DNA from: Scyliorhinus canicula
Taxonomy: Eukaryota
Direction: 5' to 3'
Assembly: GCF_902713615.1 (NCBI RefSeq)
Contig: NW_024055909.1
Location: forward strand, 1 to 64,000
Length of the DNA stretch: 64,000 nucleotides
The translations under genes were made by a program, and so were the position numbers. Below are positions 38,016 through 49,262 of the stretch, one piece after another (position 1 is the stretch's first letter; every line of letters begins with the position of its first letter). A model generated the notes under the pieces. The model saw only the letters and a program-made list of their open reading frames with translations, had not been told where the DNA came from and did no database searches.

Positions 38016-40242
38016 GCCACCGCTTCACAGATCAAACACCCAGTAAGTTACCGTCAATTACAAGGACGAACGGATGTGAAGATCATCTAAAAGTAATTGT
38101 ACATACAATCTCTCATGTTCACATATTTAGTTATGCTATGAGGTTTGTCTGCGCACGGTGGGGCAGTGGTTAGCACTGTATCGGGTTCGATCATGTAGCG
38201 GATGCTGTGCAGATGTCCACAGTGCGAGTTCCAGTTAGAGTCACATATCTGCGCTACCGTACTAATAAACCAAAATCAATAATTAAACCACCACCATGGA
38301 ACCCATTGCGATTTGTATTAAATGCAACGAAACGCAACAATGATCAAGGTTGGTTGAGGACTACACATTCGAATGATATCTAGAGCTTACAGTTATTATT
38401 ATTTTTTTAACTCAAATGCACCTTCAAGACCTTAACGATTCCTTTCGATGTATTTTCCTTTTCTGTTCCCTCTAATCGCCTGTCTCCATTTTAAAAAAAT
38501 CAGAATATTTCACGCTTTCTTGTTTCAGTCTGTAAATTATTGATGTCAAACCTTGGTTTATTCAGTCAGAACCGCTCAAACCGGACATTAAATATAAAAA
38601 CTGTCACATCAGGCCACTGATTGACACATGACTCCAGATCCACATTGATCTCTTTGACTCTTACCTTCGCTCTGCAATGACCTAGCAAGTCACTGAGATC
38701 AAAGGAACTGAGAGAGGGACATCAAATGCTGGCCTTACCACCAACGGCCAATGAAGAATAAAAATAAGTCAATATTAGTTCGCCAACAATAAGATCTGAG
38801 TTACAGCAGTTAGGAAGACAACAGCGATGTATAATTGGGAAGGAAATGCTGACTAGTAATGATACAATGTTAGGGAATGGTGAAATATGGTTCTTCTTCA
38901 CTCTGTCAATCTGTAACTGCAGATTAGGGAATCTTCTGCTGGAGCCGGAATACACAGGTTCAACGCAATGCATTGCTGAGACAACCAATACTGAACAGTG
39001 AATATCGACAGGAACCATTCCAATAAAGCAGGACAGGTAAGGGTCATCAGAGTCTAAGCAGCGACATGAGGCTGCGGGCGTTGCAGCCACAGACAATGGC
39101 ACCAGAAGGTTTGTTTCCAGCTCGGACCTGCGGGAAACATGTGACTACAGCGCCCTTCAACGGCGATTCTGGGACATTTACACTGTCCAGATCACAAAGT
39201 GCAATTCATCAATGGGGCAGTTTCCAGCGGTCTTTTATCGGGAGACATGTTTTAAGAATTAAGCATTGTAAATGGCCGCAATTGAAGTATGGGTGAGTTG
39301 AAAGGAAATACTTTAACTAATTCTGAATCTCTTTCTTTATATCTTTGTCGTATCTTTTTGTTTTGCATTTTACACGCATTATGTCATACTGTCCTGCATT
39401 TCTCAGAAAAGTTTGTTGTCTGCAAACATTCACTGACCAAGCAACATACTTTGATCAATAAACCCAGTGGCTGTGGTTAACGGCTCCAGGAAATGGCAAA
39501 GTGATGGGGCAATGACGGCTTAATATTGCACACAGGCAGGAACATGTACTGAAGGACAAATGGAATTTCTGGACCTATAGCACGTCACACAATACTGACC
39601 GATCACACTTCATAGAAACGTGATAGAACCGAACACCGCAGTGCAGAAGAAGGCCCTTTGGACCATCGAGTCTGCACCGACCCTCTGGAAGCGCACCCTA
39701 CCTAGGACCACTCCACCGTCCTATCCCCACCTCCCCACCTAATCTGCACATCTATGGACACTGAGGGGCAATATTAGTACGGCTTCACCTGCACGCCTAT
39801 GTTGCAGTCGACTCATAGTATAACAGGATGTTCACAAGATCGTAATGGTCACCCAAAATACAGAGTTCTCATCAAAACGTCAACTTTTACAACAGTGCCC
39901 ACCGAATTCATTAGAATTTGATCGGTTTCAGCTGTGAAACAACTGCCCATCACATATTATGAAGAACCATATCACTGTCAGCATGGAGATGAATAAATTT
40001 AATTTGCTGCTTTCGATCTGCACCAATAGGATGAATTAGAGCTCCAATGCCCCGTGAGAAGATTGGTTGAATTAAAGAGAAAATAAACTTACAGGCAATT
40101 GGATGTGACCCGATGACGTTATGAGCAATGTACCAATCAGCAGGCACTCGGATGTGACTCATTCTCTTTTCAACTCTTGGCGAAAATAATTTCAGCCTCA
40201 ATAATTTCTGTTGAAACCTAATCTGTTGATCTCTCTGCAAAC

Positions 40243-40300
40243 ATGTCGCTTGCTACTGTGTATTTATTCCTCACAGCGGCCGCGCTTTTAACCGGTAAGT
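40243..40300 (+). other. Orphan but intact leader exon of the V1 family, with its own promoter
   Basis: MSLATVYLFLTAAALLT + G|GTAAGT (40243-40294); upstream ATTGG/CCAAT pair aligns with the V1 upstream region (7500-7627); no V exon follows until 41092. Confidence 0.8.
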
Positions 40301-40942
40301 TCACAAGTTGCTCAACTCTTTATGTCACATCCTTTCGACACATGACATTCTGTCAGGCAGGTCGCTCAATACAAGGGGGTGGGTGTGGGTGGTTGGACAA
40401 ACAGATTGACCCCAACTTCGAAAAATCATCTGGATCTCGCTGCTCTAAACACGAACACTGTTTTCTGGAATTCGGCATGTTTCCCTGAGGGAATGAGAGC
40501 GGAAGTGTTGGGCTGAGATTTCAGCTCCTCTGGTGCCAGTGAATGACCTTGGCAAACAGCAGACTATCAACCCCACAGACAGAAGGTTGCCTTTTCTAAA
40601 AAGTTCAACTGTCAGATTACATAGCCTGATGTTATTTTTTCTGAATAAGTGGTGTGAGGAGTGAAGGGGTGGGACTAATTGTCAATGCAAACCCCGCCCA
40701 GAGCGGTGACGCGAGTAGATGATGTAGGAGGAGCTAGCGGAACGATCACTGACCAGTCAGCTGTCGTTGCTACCTAAAATGTTGCTACCCAGTTAGCGCA
40801 TTGAAGCTTCTTATTGGAAATATCATCTCAAAAACACTTCCTAAACTATAGTTTTAGCTCTCTGTGCAACATTTCTTAGCTTAACGTATCGTAAGAGTGA
40901 ATATATTCATATGCTACCGGAAAGATTGTTCCTGAAGATAGA

Positions 40943-41434
40943 ATGAGGCTCATGTCCTATAGCCACCTGGTTATATTGTGGCTGTTTTTCGGTATGTACA
41001 GCCAAAATGTTTGGTTTATTTGCAGTAAAGTGATGCTGATAGATTTTTGCACGCAATGTGGCATTGAACATTTTGCTACCTTTTATTGCAGCGGCCATTC
41101 AGGCAGATTCTGTGTCACAGCCGCAGACTGCACTGAATATCACTGAAGGAGTTAGAACGAAATTAGATTGTACCTACACAACGAACTACCAGAACCCCGA
41201 TCTGTACTGGTACAGACAGCGCAAGAACCAGGCCCCGCAATTTATTTTGCATCGAGACCGAAGCAGGAAAACAGACGCAGATTTTGCCAAGGGAAAATTC
41301 GAGGCCGACCAAACTAATGCAGAAAAGAAGTTTCCTTTAACAGTCACTCGAGCGGAAACCCATGACAGCGCCGTATATTTCTGCGTGTTGGGAGACACAG
41401 CGGTTTAATACTCATCTCCCGCTGTACAAAAACC
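40943..41434 (+). CDS. TCR alpha/delta V segment (V9), apparently functional
   Basis: Leader 40943-40991 (MRLMSYSHLVILWLFF) GTATGT; V exon 41092-41395 open (DSVSQPQ...KLDC...LYWYRQ...SAVYFCVLGD); RSS CACAGCG 41396-41402, 23 bp, ACAAAAACC 41426-41434. Confidence 0.95.
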
Positions 41435-41831
41435 TCACTGAAATAAAACTGTCACAGGCTGTGACTCTCGCTCAAAGCGCTATCCGTGTCTCGGCTGTAA
41501 CTGTTCCATTTCTCAACTCTAGGGCCCCTGAGCCAGGAAGTTGTGGGTTCAAGACTCCCTGCAGATATCTGAGGACTATCAGTACAAAGGGAGTCCGGGC
41601 GTCTCCGCAGTGAAGCATTCGGATAAACGGGCAATAGAGGCTTTAACTACCCTTTCTGGAGGATCTTCGTCACCGCCGCACTGTTTTAGAAAGCAGGGCA
41701 GTTCCCCGAGATACTTAAACCTCAGTCGACATCACTGAAACCGATTAACACATTCCCTGAGATCTTGCTGTGGGCACAGCGACACTTTCCTACGTTACAC
41801 TCGTTACTGCACATCAAATTTACTTCGAAAG

Positions 41832-41992
41832 GGAAAATGCTGGAAAATCTCAGCAGGTCTGGCAGCATATGTAGGGAGAGAAAAGAGCTAACGTTTCGAG
41901 TCCGATGACTCTTTGTCAAAGCTGAGACTTGCTGAGATTTTCCAGCATTTTTACTTTCGTTTCAGATTCCAGCATCCGCAGTAATTTGCTTT
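41832..41992. mobile_element. Inverted terminal fragment of a second Penelope-like family
   Basis: 22-bp perfect inverted arms at 41834-41855 and 41930-41951; same terminal sequence at ~21795-21910, 42733 and ~56005-56080. Confidence 0.65.
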
Positions 41993-42732
41993 CATCAAAT
42001 TTACTTCCTTTGTTCTGCGGGACAAGCTGGATGGACTGGGCTGCCCTTTGTCGGCCATTGCTGGCAGAATTAGTCAATTAAACATTACAACGTGCCGGCC
42101 TCTATACATCATTTTCAGCTCCTCCATCCACACTCGCCCCAATAATATCCATTGCCCGACTGGGCCTCAGGTCTGACCGTCGCAGCGCTGAGCTTTCCAG
42201 AGAACCAAATTGGAGTCGCTGCGCCAATCTACGATCAGTACGTGAGCTCAGTCCCTCAATACGTTTCTTCGTTCCCAGCGGATAGCATTGGACTGGATTC
42301 AAACAACTCTCCTTCACGTTTAAAGTGATATTTCTCAATAATCTGCTCAAGCTTACTCCATCCTCTCGTCATCCACATGCTCCACATCAGGGTTTTTGAT
42401 GAAACGGAAACCGCAGGATATTGGTTATAGCTTTCAGAGAAAAAAAACGATGATGAAATACATGAGTTCAACCGTGTTTTCCTGACGCTTTGTAAGCCTG
42501 AGCTATTTTTTCTAGCAAATGCTTATTAAGAAACGGGAAACATGAGAGCATCTACCTCCAGATTTTCCGGTACCATTATATTTCAGAACCATTTTGTGCT
42601 GGGTGTGTGGGATTTGGAAAAGAAATATTGCCTAATGGCGAACACTGAGTAATAGAGGGAGGACAACAATCCTGGGAATATTGCATTATATCATTAACCA
42701 ATTTAAATGTAATACAAGACAGTCAACCTCCT

Positions 42733-43305
42733 AAATAAAAGCAAATTACTGCGGATGCTGGAATCTGAAACGAAAGGAACAATGCTGGAAAATCTCAGCA
42801 GGTCTGGCAGCATGTGCAAGGAGAGAAAATAGCTAACGTTTCGAGTCCGATGGCTCTTTGTCAAAGCTAGCAGACAGAGAGAGTGGGAAATATTTATACT
42901 GTGGAGTGAGAATGAAAGATGAGTCATAGCACAGAAACCCAGGGAAACTGGCCCAGATACCAAGGGGAAAGAGTGCTAATGGCAGTCCCCAGAGAGGACA
43001 AAAGATGTGAAAGGTCAAACAGCAGGGAAACTAACATCAGAGGATGAACTGTAGGTGTGGGGGGAGGGGAAGGTGTAAGCAAAGAGGAGAAAGGTGCTAG
43101 GAAAGGTGCAGGAAATAAATAAATGGTAAAAGACAGTTAAAATGAAATGAAAACAAATGGATCGTTGGGGCTGATCATCTGAAGTTGTTGAATTCAATGT
43201 TCAGGCCGGAAGACTGTAGCGTGCTTAACCGGAAGATGAGATGTTGTTCCTCCAGTTTGTGTTGCGCTTCACTGGAACATTGCAGCAGGCCAAGAACAGA
43301 CACGT
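42733..43305 (-). mobile_element. Penelope-like element 3' fragment
   Basis: Minus strand encodes VSVLGLLQCSSEAQHKLEEQHLIFRLSTLQSSGLNIEFNNFR*, a typical GIY-YIG ORF C-terminus, followed by the terminal repeat. Confidence 0.75.
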
Positions 43306-44507
43306 GTGCGCGCTCTTGCGTTATCTAAAGGACCTTGGGACCAGCAACTTGATTTGTTGCTTTATTCAAACGTTTTCAAATTTTCCCACTACCTTTGTTG
43401 GACTCTGGACACTGGTCAGGTTTACGACAATGCAAGTAAATAAATTCCATTCAAGTTTAGCAGTTATCCAACATACTGTTGTAGCAGTAAAATTACTATC
43501 CCACGAATTCAAAGATCCGTGTTGATGATATCAAGACATAAGTTCAATTCTCACCATAGCAGCGGGAGGAATTTACTGAATTCAATAATTAAATTAAAAT
43601 AATATGGAATTGACACCAGGCAAGTCTCAGTAATGGTGATCATTGATTGTCGTAGAAACCCATCAGCTTTATTGTTGTCAATAGGGGAAGGGAATCTGCC
43701 ATCTTTACTCAGTCTGTCTCGCAACGTGACACCAGACGCACAGCAACGTGGTTGCCTCGGAAATAGCAAAATGTAACCAGGGACCCCAAAATCACATGAA
43801 ACAATTATTTAAATTCTTAACGATCGGTTGACTGAGGTGCATTCCTAAGTTTCAGGGTGCATTTGGTGCTTTTGCTGTCTTTGTCATGCTGTATTTAAAA
43901 ATATGGTGTGAGTAGATCAAATCTCAGTGACACTCCCGCTGAAACAACAGTCACCAAACATACACCCTACTAATGACATCACTTTGCTCAACATTTCCGA
44001 ACTAACAGACGATTCGTGAAATCTAAATATATCAGTGGGACTGAGACCGATAATATCCCTCACAAAGAGATGCAATCGGTGCAAACACGAGCAGAAAGCT
44101 TTCCCGTTAAGATGAAATTCACAGTTGCTGTGAAAATACCAACAGATTGGACACCAAAATAACTGTAGGCAAGGCAATGTTTTGGGTGGGGCTGTTCCGA
44201 CTCGAGTTCGTCATTGAATCAAAAAGAAAAGTATGTTTTTGTGCCGATTTTGTATTTCTGAATGTCCGATGGCACAGCCCTGGAATAAAAACAAATGAAG
44301 TCCATTAACAGCAAAACCGCGTTATTCTGGTACATTTTTAAAAAGATGTTTATGAAACTTTAATCTTAGTATTCTCCATTTCTCTCCCTGACGAAACGTG
44401 TTTCGGAAATATCAACTGTTTAGAAGCAAAATGTGCGTTAATGGAAAAGAGGTTTTACATTTCCATGATTCTCTTTATTTAACACTTTATCTGATGTAAA
44501 ATCTCTG

Positions 44508-44536
44508 TTAGGGTTAGGCTTAGGGTTAGGGTTAGG
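44508..44536 (+). repeat. Short telomere-type (TTAGGG)n run
   Basis: TTAGGG TTAGGC TTAGGG TTAGGG TTAGG abutting the 5' truncation point of a CR1. Confidence 0.8.
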
Positions 44537-45268
44537 AAGGAATAACAGGAAGACAGAGTACTGGGCTAATGGTAAGATTCTTGGTAGTGTGGATGAGCAG
44601 AGAGATCACGGTGTCCATGTACATAGATCCCTGAAAGTTGCCACCCAGGTTGAGAGGGTTGTTAAGAAGGTGTACGGTGTGTTAGAGGAATTGAGTTTCG
44701 GAGCCATGAGGTCATGTTGCAGTTGTACAAAACTCTGGTGCAACCACATTTGGAGTATTGCGTGCAGTTCTGGTCGCCGCATTATAGGAAGGATGTGGAA
44801 GCATTAGAAAGGGTGGAGAGGAGATTTACCAAGATGTTGCCTGATATGGAGGGAAGAACTTATGAGGAAAGGCTGAGGGACTTGAGGCTGTTTTCGTTAG
44901 AAAGAAGAAAGTTAAGAGGTGACTTAATTGAGGCATACAAGATGATCAGAGGATTAGATAGGGTGGACAGTGAGAGCCTTTTTCCTCGGATGGTGAGGCC
45001 CAGCACGAGGGAACATAGCTTTAAATTGATGGGAGATAGATATAGGGCAGATGTCAGAGGTAGGTTCTTTACTCAGAGAGTAGTAAGGGCGTGGAATGCC
45101 CTGCCTGCAACAGTAGTGGACTCGCCAACACTAAACGCATTCAAATGGTCATTGGATAGACATATGGACGATAAGGGAATAGTGTAGAGGGACTTTAGAG
45201 GGGTTTCACGGTCGGCTCAACATCGAGAGCCGAAGGGCCTGTACTGCGCTGTAATGTTCTATGTTCTA
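44535..45268 (+). mobile_element. CR1 LINE 3' fragment with well-preserved ORF2 C-terminus and (TTCTATG)n tail
   Basis: LYKTLVQPHLEYCVQFWSPHYRKD...RGRFFTQRVVRAWNALP; 3' end shared with the young SINE family. Confidence 0.95.
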
Positions 45269-45569
45269 TTTTTGACATTCTCGCTTCCTTCCCATCCTCA
45301 TTCCGCAGTTCTCACTTTCTGAGTCGTCATCACGTATTATTAGCAGACTTGTTAGCTTTCCGTTTTTCTCTTAATCATTCTGGCTTGCAATATTACACAA
45401 GATTTTCTCCGACTGTGTTTCTAATCATATTCATTTATGATGCTCTTTACACCTTTAGGTTCTGGATTTTCGTTTTTTAATATTTATTTGCCCTTTCCTC
45501 CAACCCTCGGAAGTTAATGAACACATTAACAGCAGAGGATCATTGGGGCTGATGTCCCATCGCTGCCTC

Positions 45570-45812
45570 CTTCCATGCCACAGAAACAGATAAATGTTCC
45601 TCTTTGTCCTTCTGTCTGAGTGCACCAGGACAGAAGCTGAGAGATTGAATCGCCGTGAATCAGATCTTGAAAGGAACATTCATATAGGAAAACGTATGAA
45701 CGGTGGCTGATTAAATATGTTTTAGGACCTGATGGAAACGGTGACATGTATGAAGTTCACAATTACCAGTTGGAAATGCTCCCCACACAACCAGGATGTG
45801 GAGTAACTGCAT
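45570..45812 (-). pseudogene. 5' half of a TCR V (intact leader + FR1, truncated after Cys23)
   Basis: Leader 45812-45767 (MQLLHILVVWGAFPT) GTAATT; exon from 45665 LIHGDSISQLLSWCTQTEGQRGTFIC, then unrelated sequence. Confidence 0.8.
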
Positions 45813-46464
45813 TGCTGCTGTCCTCTCTGAAAAAGCGAGTTGGATTCCTGTGGGGTTTATTGTGAAACGGCACTCTCGATAATCTGCTTCCGTGCCTCTG
45901 GATGATCTCACCTCACTTCATTATGTGGTTCTGTGAGGCCGGTAGATGGTGAACTACTGTGAGTGACCCAGAGTTCGGTAAGATCACACAACCCAAATGC
46001 GGAGCAGCCACATAGTCGCATCAGCTTTGTAAAGGGGGAGTTAGATATTTAACGCCACCCGTTCAAAACTCAAAAATCTGATGGCGTGTCTCAGGATATT
46101 GTCACATCACTTCCTTGTGGCCCCAGTGGTGATGTGAGACCGATCGGTGGTGAGCGAGCTGCCAGCGAATGAAAACGTTCCAGGCTGGTTAACTTAATTC
46201 TGCTCACAATGCGCCGAAGCCTCGCTCTGTCTGGACTACTTCAGTGTGTTTGGAGTCTGAGGTCACAGTTACTGCAGTGAACCATACAAATACACTCCAA
46301 CAGGGTGGATAGGTACAGGCGCGCCTGAGTACAGTGATTGGAAAAGATAGATCAAGACAAGGAGTTTGTTATTAAGTAACACAAAATGAATTGTAATACT
46401 ACGTGCCCATTAGATTGACCACCCGTGCCGTGCTGGACGGATGGGAATTGGCCACAGTTCTGTG

Positions 46465-46812
46465 TTCATAGATTCACATAATTTACAGGGCTGAAGGAGG
46501 ACATTCGGCCCATCGAGTTTGCATCGGCTCTTGAAAAGAGTACCCTACTTATGCCATCGCCTCCACCCCATCCCCGTGACCCAGTAACCCAATCTAACCT
46601 TTTTTGAGACACAAAGGGCAATTTATCAAGGCCAATCCACCTAACATTAACGTCTTTGCATTGTGGGAGGAAACCGGAGTACCCGGAGGAAACCCACGCA
46701 GACACGAGGAGAACGTGCAAACTCCACACAGACAGTGACCCAAACCGGGAATCGAATCTGGGACCCTGGGGCTGTGAATCAACTGTGCTAACCACTGTGC
46801 TACCATGTTGGC
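46465..46812 (-). mobile_element. tRNA-derived SINE (older family)
   Basis: Head GGTAGCACAGTGGTTAGCACAGTTG on minus; CR1-like tail. Further copies at ~39610, 51655, 53987, 57325, 57500 and 58735. Confidence 0.85.
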
Positions 46813-47721
46813 ACATGGACAGTGGGTAGGTTGGTTATCCACAAGTTAAAGGAGATTAAACGGAATCCCAGGCACAGAAAGAAGTGAGATAGCCTGTGAC
46901 ATGGACACAGATTGTCCTGAGTCGGCAGGGGAAATGGGACTGGTTGAAGGAAATGGGCAGATGGGGAAAGTACGATAAAAAATTGGGCAAAGTAATTTGT
47001 AAAATAAACTGCAAAAGCAGAGAGGTCAAAGAAAGAATCAAACTACAATTTAATCTTTAAAAAACATATAAAAAACGAGGATTCTAATGATTGAATGAAA
47101 GGGATATTACATCAATGTATATGTGTAGAGGAGAGTGCTGGTTCCCTCAGTGCGTCAGCTCAGCGACTGGCTGCATTCAACGCTCAGGGTGTAGCCCTTA
47201 GAATCAATCTGCAGCAACAGGAGCCTCACACAGGAGCAGAGAGGAATCATTCAGGAGGCTGCCACATGGCAGAATCTAGTCACCCCCCCCCCCCCCCATA
47301 CAGACACACACATGCCACCGTCACCACCTGGGATACTGACTACACCCCTTTGTCTTTACTACCCCTCGGCAACGGGTTGTGAGAGACACAGAGCGAGTAT
47401 TAGTAGATCGGCTTCTCTAAACTGGGCAGAAACATGTTTGACTGAGAGTTTGCCGCTGGACCGTAGGAATGCGCAGCTCACCACGACCGGCCTCACACCG
47501 CAGCAGGTTACACGGTGTGTGGGTTAGAAAGGGCCTATTCAATTATGTTTCTTTGCTATGTCTTCAGGTCGGATTGTTTTCTCGGCCGCTGCTGGAAACA
47601 GTTGGGTGGCAGTTTAATTAAGGTTAATTTGGTTTCCTCTCCCGTGTGTGACTGAGTGGCTGACAGCTCCGCTGCTCATTGTGGCTGCAACATGCCTCAA
47701 CAGACTCCAGTTTCCACCTCC

Positions 47722-47981
47722 AGTTTTTGTACAGGGATGATGATGATTTTTATCACTGTGTGTCCCAGAAAGCGCAGTAATACACAGCGTCAGTCAGCTT
47801 CAGCCTCGACATACTTAAAGATCCTCTGTGCTTTTCTTTTCGTTCAGCTTCTCAGCTTTTGTTTCAATATATCAGGCACTGGGTTATTGATCTTGTTTAT
47901 GAAGCGCCTCTGAAGCCTAACGTGGACATTTCACTTTCTATCAAATACAAACTTCTTGAACATATCGTCAAACTGCACTCC
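47722..47981 (-). pseudogene. Decayed TCR V with intact RSS, ending YYCAFWD
   Basis: Acceptor TATTTCAG at 47982; 3' end GSLSMSRLKLTD-AVYYCAFWD; RSS CACAGTG 47760-47754, 23 bp, ACAAAAACT 47730-47722; middle deleted/frameshifted; no leader found. Confidence 0.8.
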
Positions 47982-48280
47982 CTGAAATACACAGCAATGA
48001 ACTAAAGGTTCGCAACCAGCAAAATGGGTAAGAATTATCACAACAGCTCAGTCTTGATTTCATTGAATCAGCGAGCAGCCTCAATGGGCCGAATGTCCTC
48101 CTCTGCGCCTCTGTCTTCTGGTCTACGACACAAAATGGGTAGAAAAGCAAATTGTGGAGAGGACGTAGGAAAGTTACAAGGGGACAGATGTAGGTTAAGC
48201 CGGTCAATAATCTGGCAAATGGAGTATAATGAGGGTAAATGTTTAATACTCCATGTTTGCACTCTGTAGTGTAGAGGTGT

Positions 48281-49262
48281 TGTAGCCATCTAAGATGGAC
48301 ACTGGGCTACAAAATGGAGAACTGCTAAGGCTGCAGGGAAAAACAGTCTTAGTGAGGACAAGCAGTTTGCAGAAGACTAATTTGCATTCTGCACGTACAG
48401 AAACCAGTTTTTGGCCAGGTGCAGAGTTTCAGCCAAAGGTGCAAATGGAAATAGATCTGCATAGTAATGAGGTGATCCAATTCCAGACCCCGCACAATAG
48501 AAACATTTAAGTATCAATGGATACTTTTCCGTAGACGCCCAGACAGAATGGTGCCAGAGCAACCAACACAAAGAGCCGTAGGGACCGCCCCACACATCGA
48601 GGAACGACCCTCAGATTGGGGGGTTTGGAAGATATCGATTGGGAAAGGCCCAATCGATACCTGGCAGGTAAAAGAACCACCCCAAGGGGGCACGGACTTC
48701 TAGGACCTATAAGAGTAGACCCCGCACATGGTTCGCTCTGCTCTGCTTTGCTCAGGCTCAGGACTGCTTGCTTACTCCGACCCGAGTTTGTTGTTTGTTA
48801 CATCGCATCCTGACTCCAGTTTCATCACCAGCCGTTGAGCCATCAGCCATCGAACTGTAAGTGCCAATACAACGATCGCTACGTGATCCAGACCTTGCTA
48901 GATCTTGACAACTTTACGAATCAGAAAGTTGCAGACCAAGAACGGGACGAAGGCCTTGTTCCCTGACCTTGCCTGTTCCTGTCTCGATAAGTATTTAGTT
49001 GTTTAGTATTAGAAGTAAGTTAGTCTCTTTAGCGTATGCATGTGTATTTATTATATTTGTTATAATAAACACCAATTGTTTGGACTTACTAATCGGTGTA
49101 CAGATTTATTACTTTGAACCTGACCTTGATATACTTGTGATGGTGTCTCAATATGGCACCTGGCGACTCCGAGCATAATTACACATACAGAGCCATAGTA
49201 GTGTTAAGTACACGGCCTTTAAACGGAGGCGTGTTAATCACACTCCAGTAAAACGAGCAACA
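48281..49262 (+). mobile_element. Solo LTR (Gypsy/ERV-like) inserted in a CR1
   Basis: TGT...ACA termini; 4-bp TSD GTGT at 48277-48280 and 49263-49266; TATA-like CTATAAGA ~48707 and AATAAA ~49064; CR1 sequence on both sides (~48130-48276, 49267-49965). Confidence 0.8.

Noticed and set aside
38820-39100. Possible V remnant on minus (SDDPYL...IDRVKK)
   Set aside because: No conserved Cys/Trp pair, RSS or splice sites that I could support.
46200-46295. Possible V 3' end with CACAGTT heptamer
   Set aside because: The nonamer-like sequence is at 15 bp and the reading frame is unconvincing.
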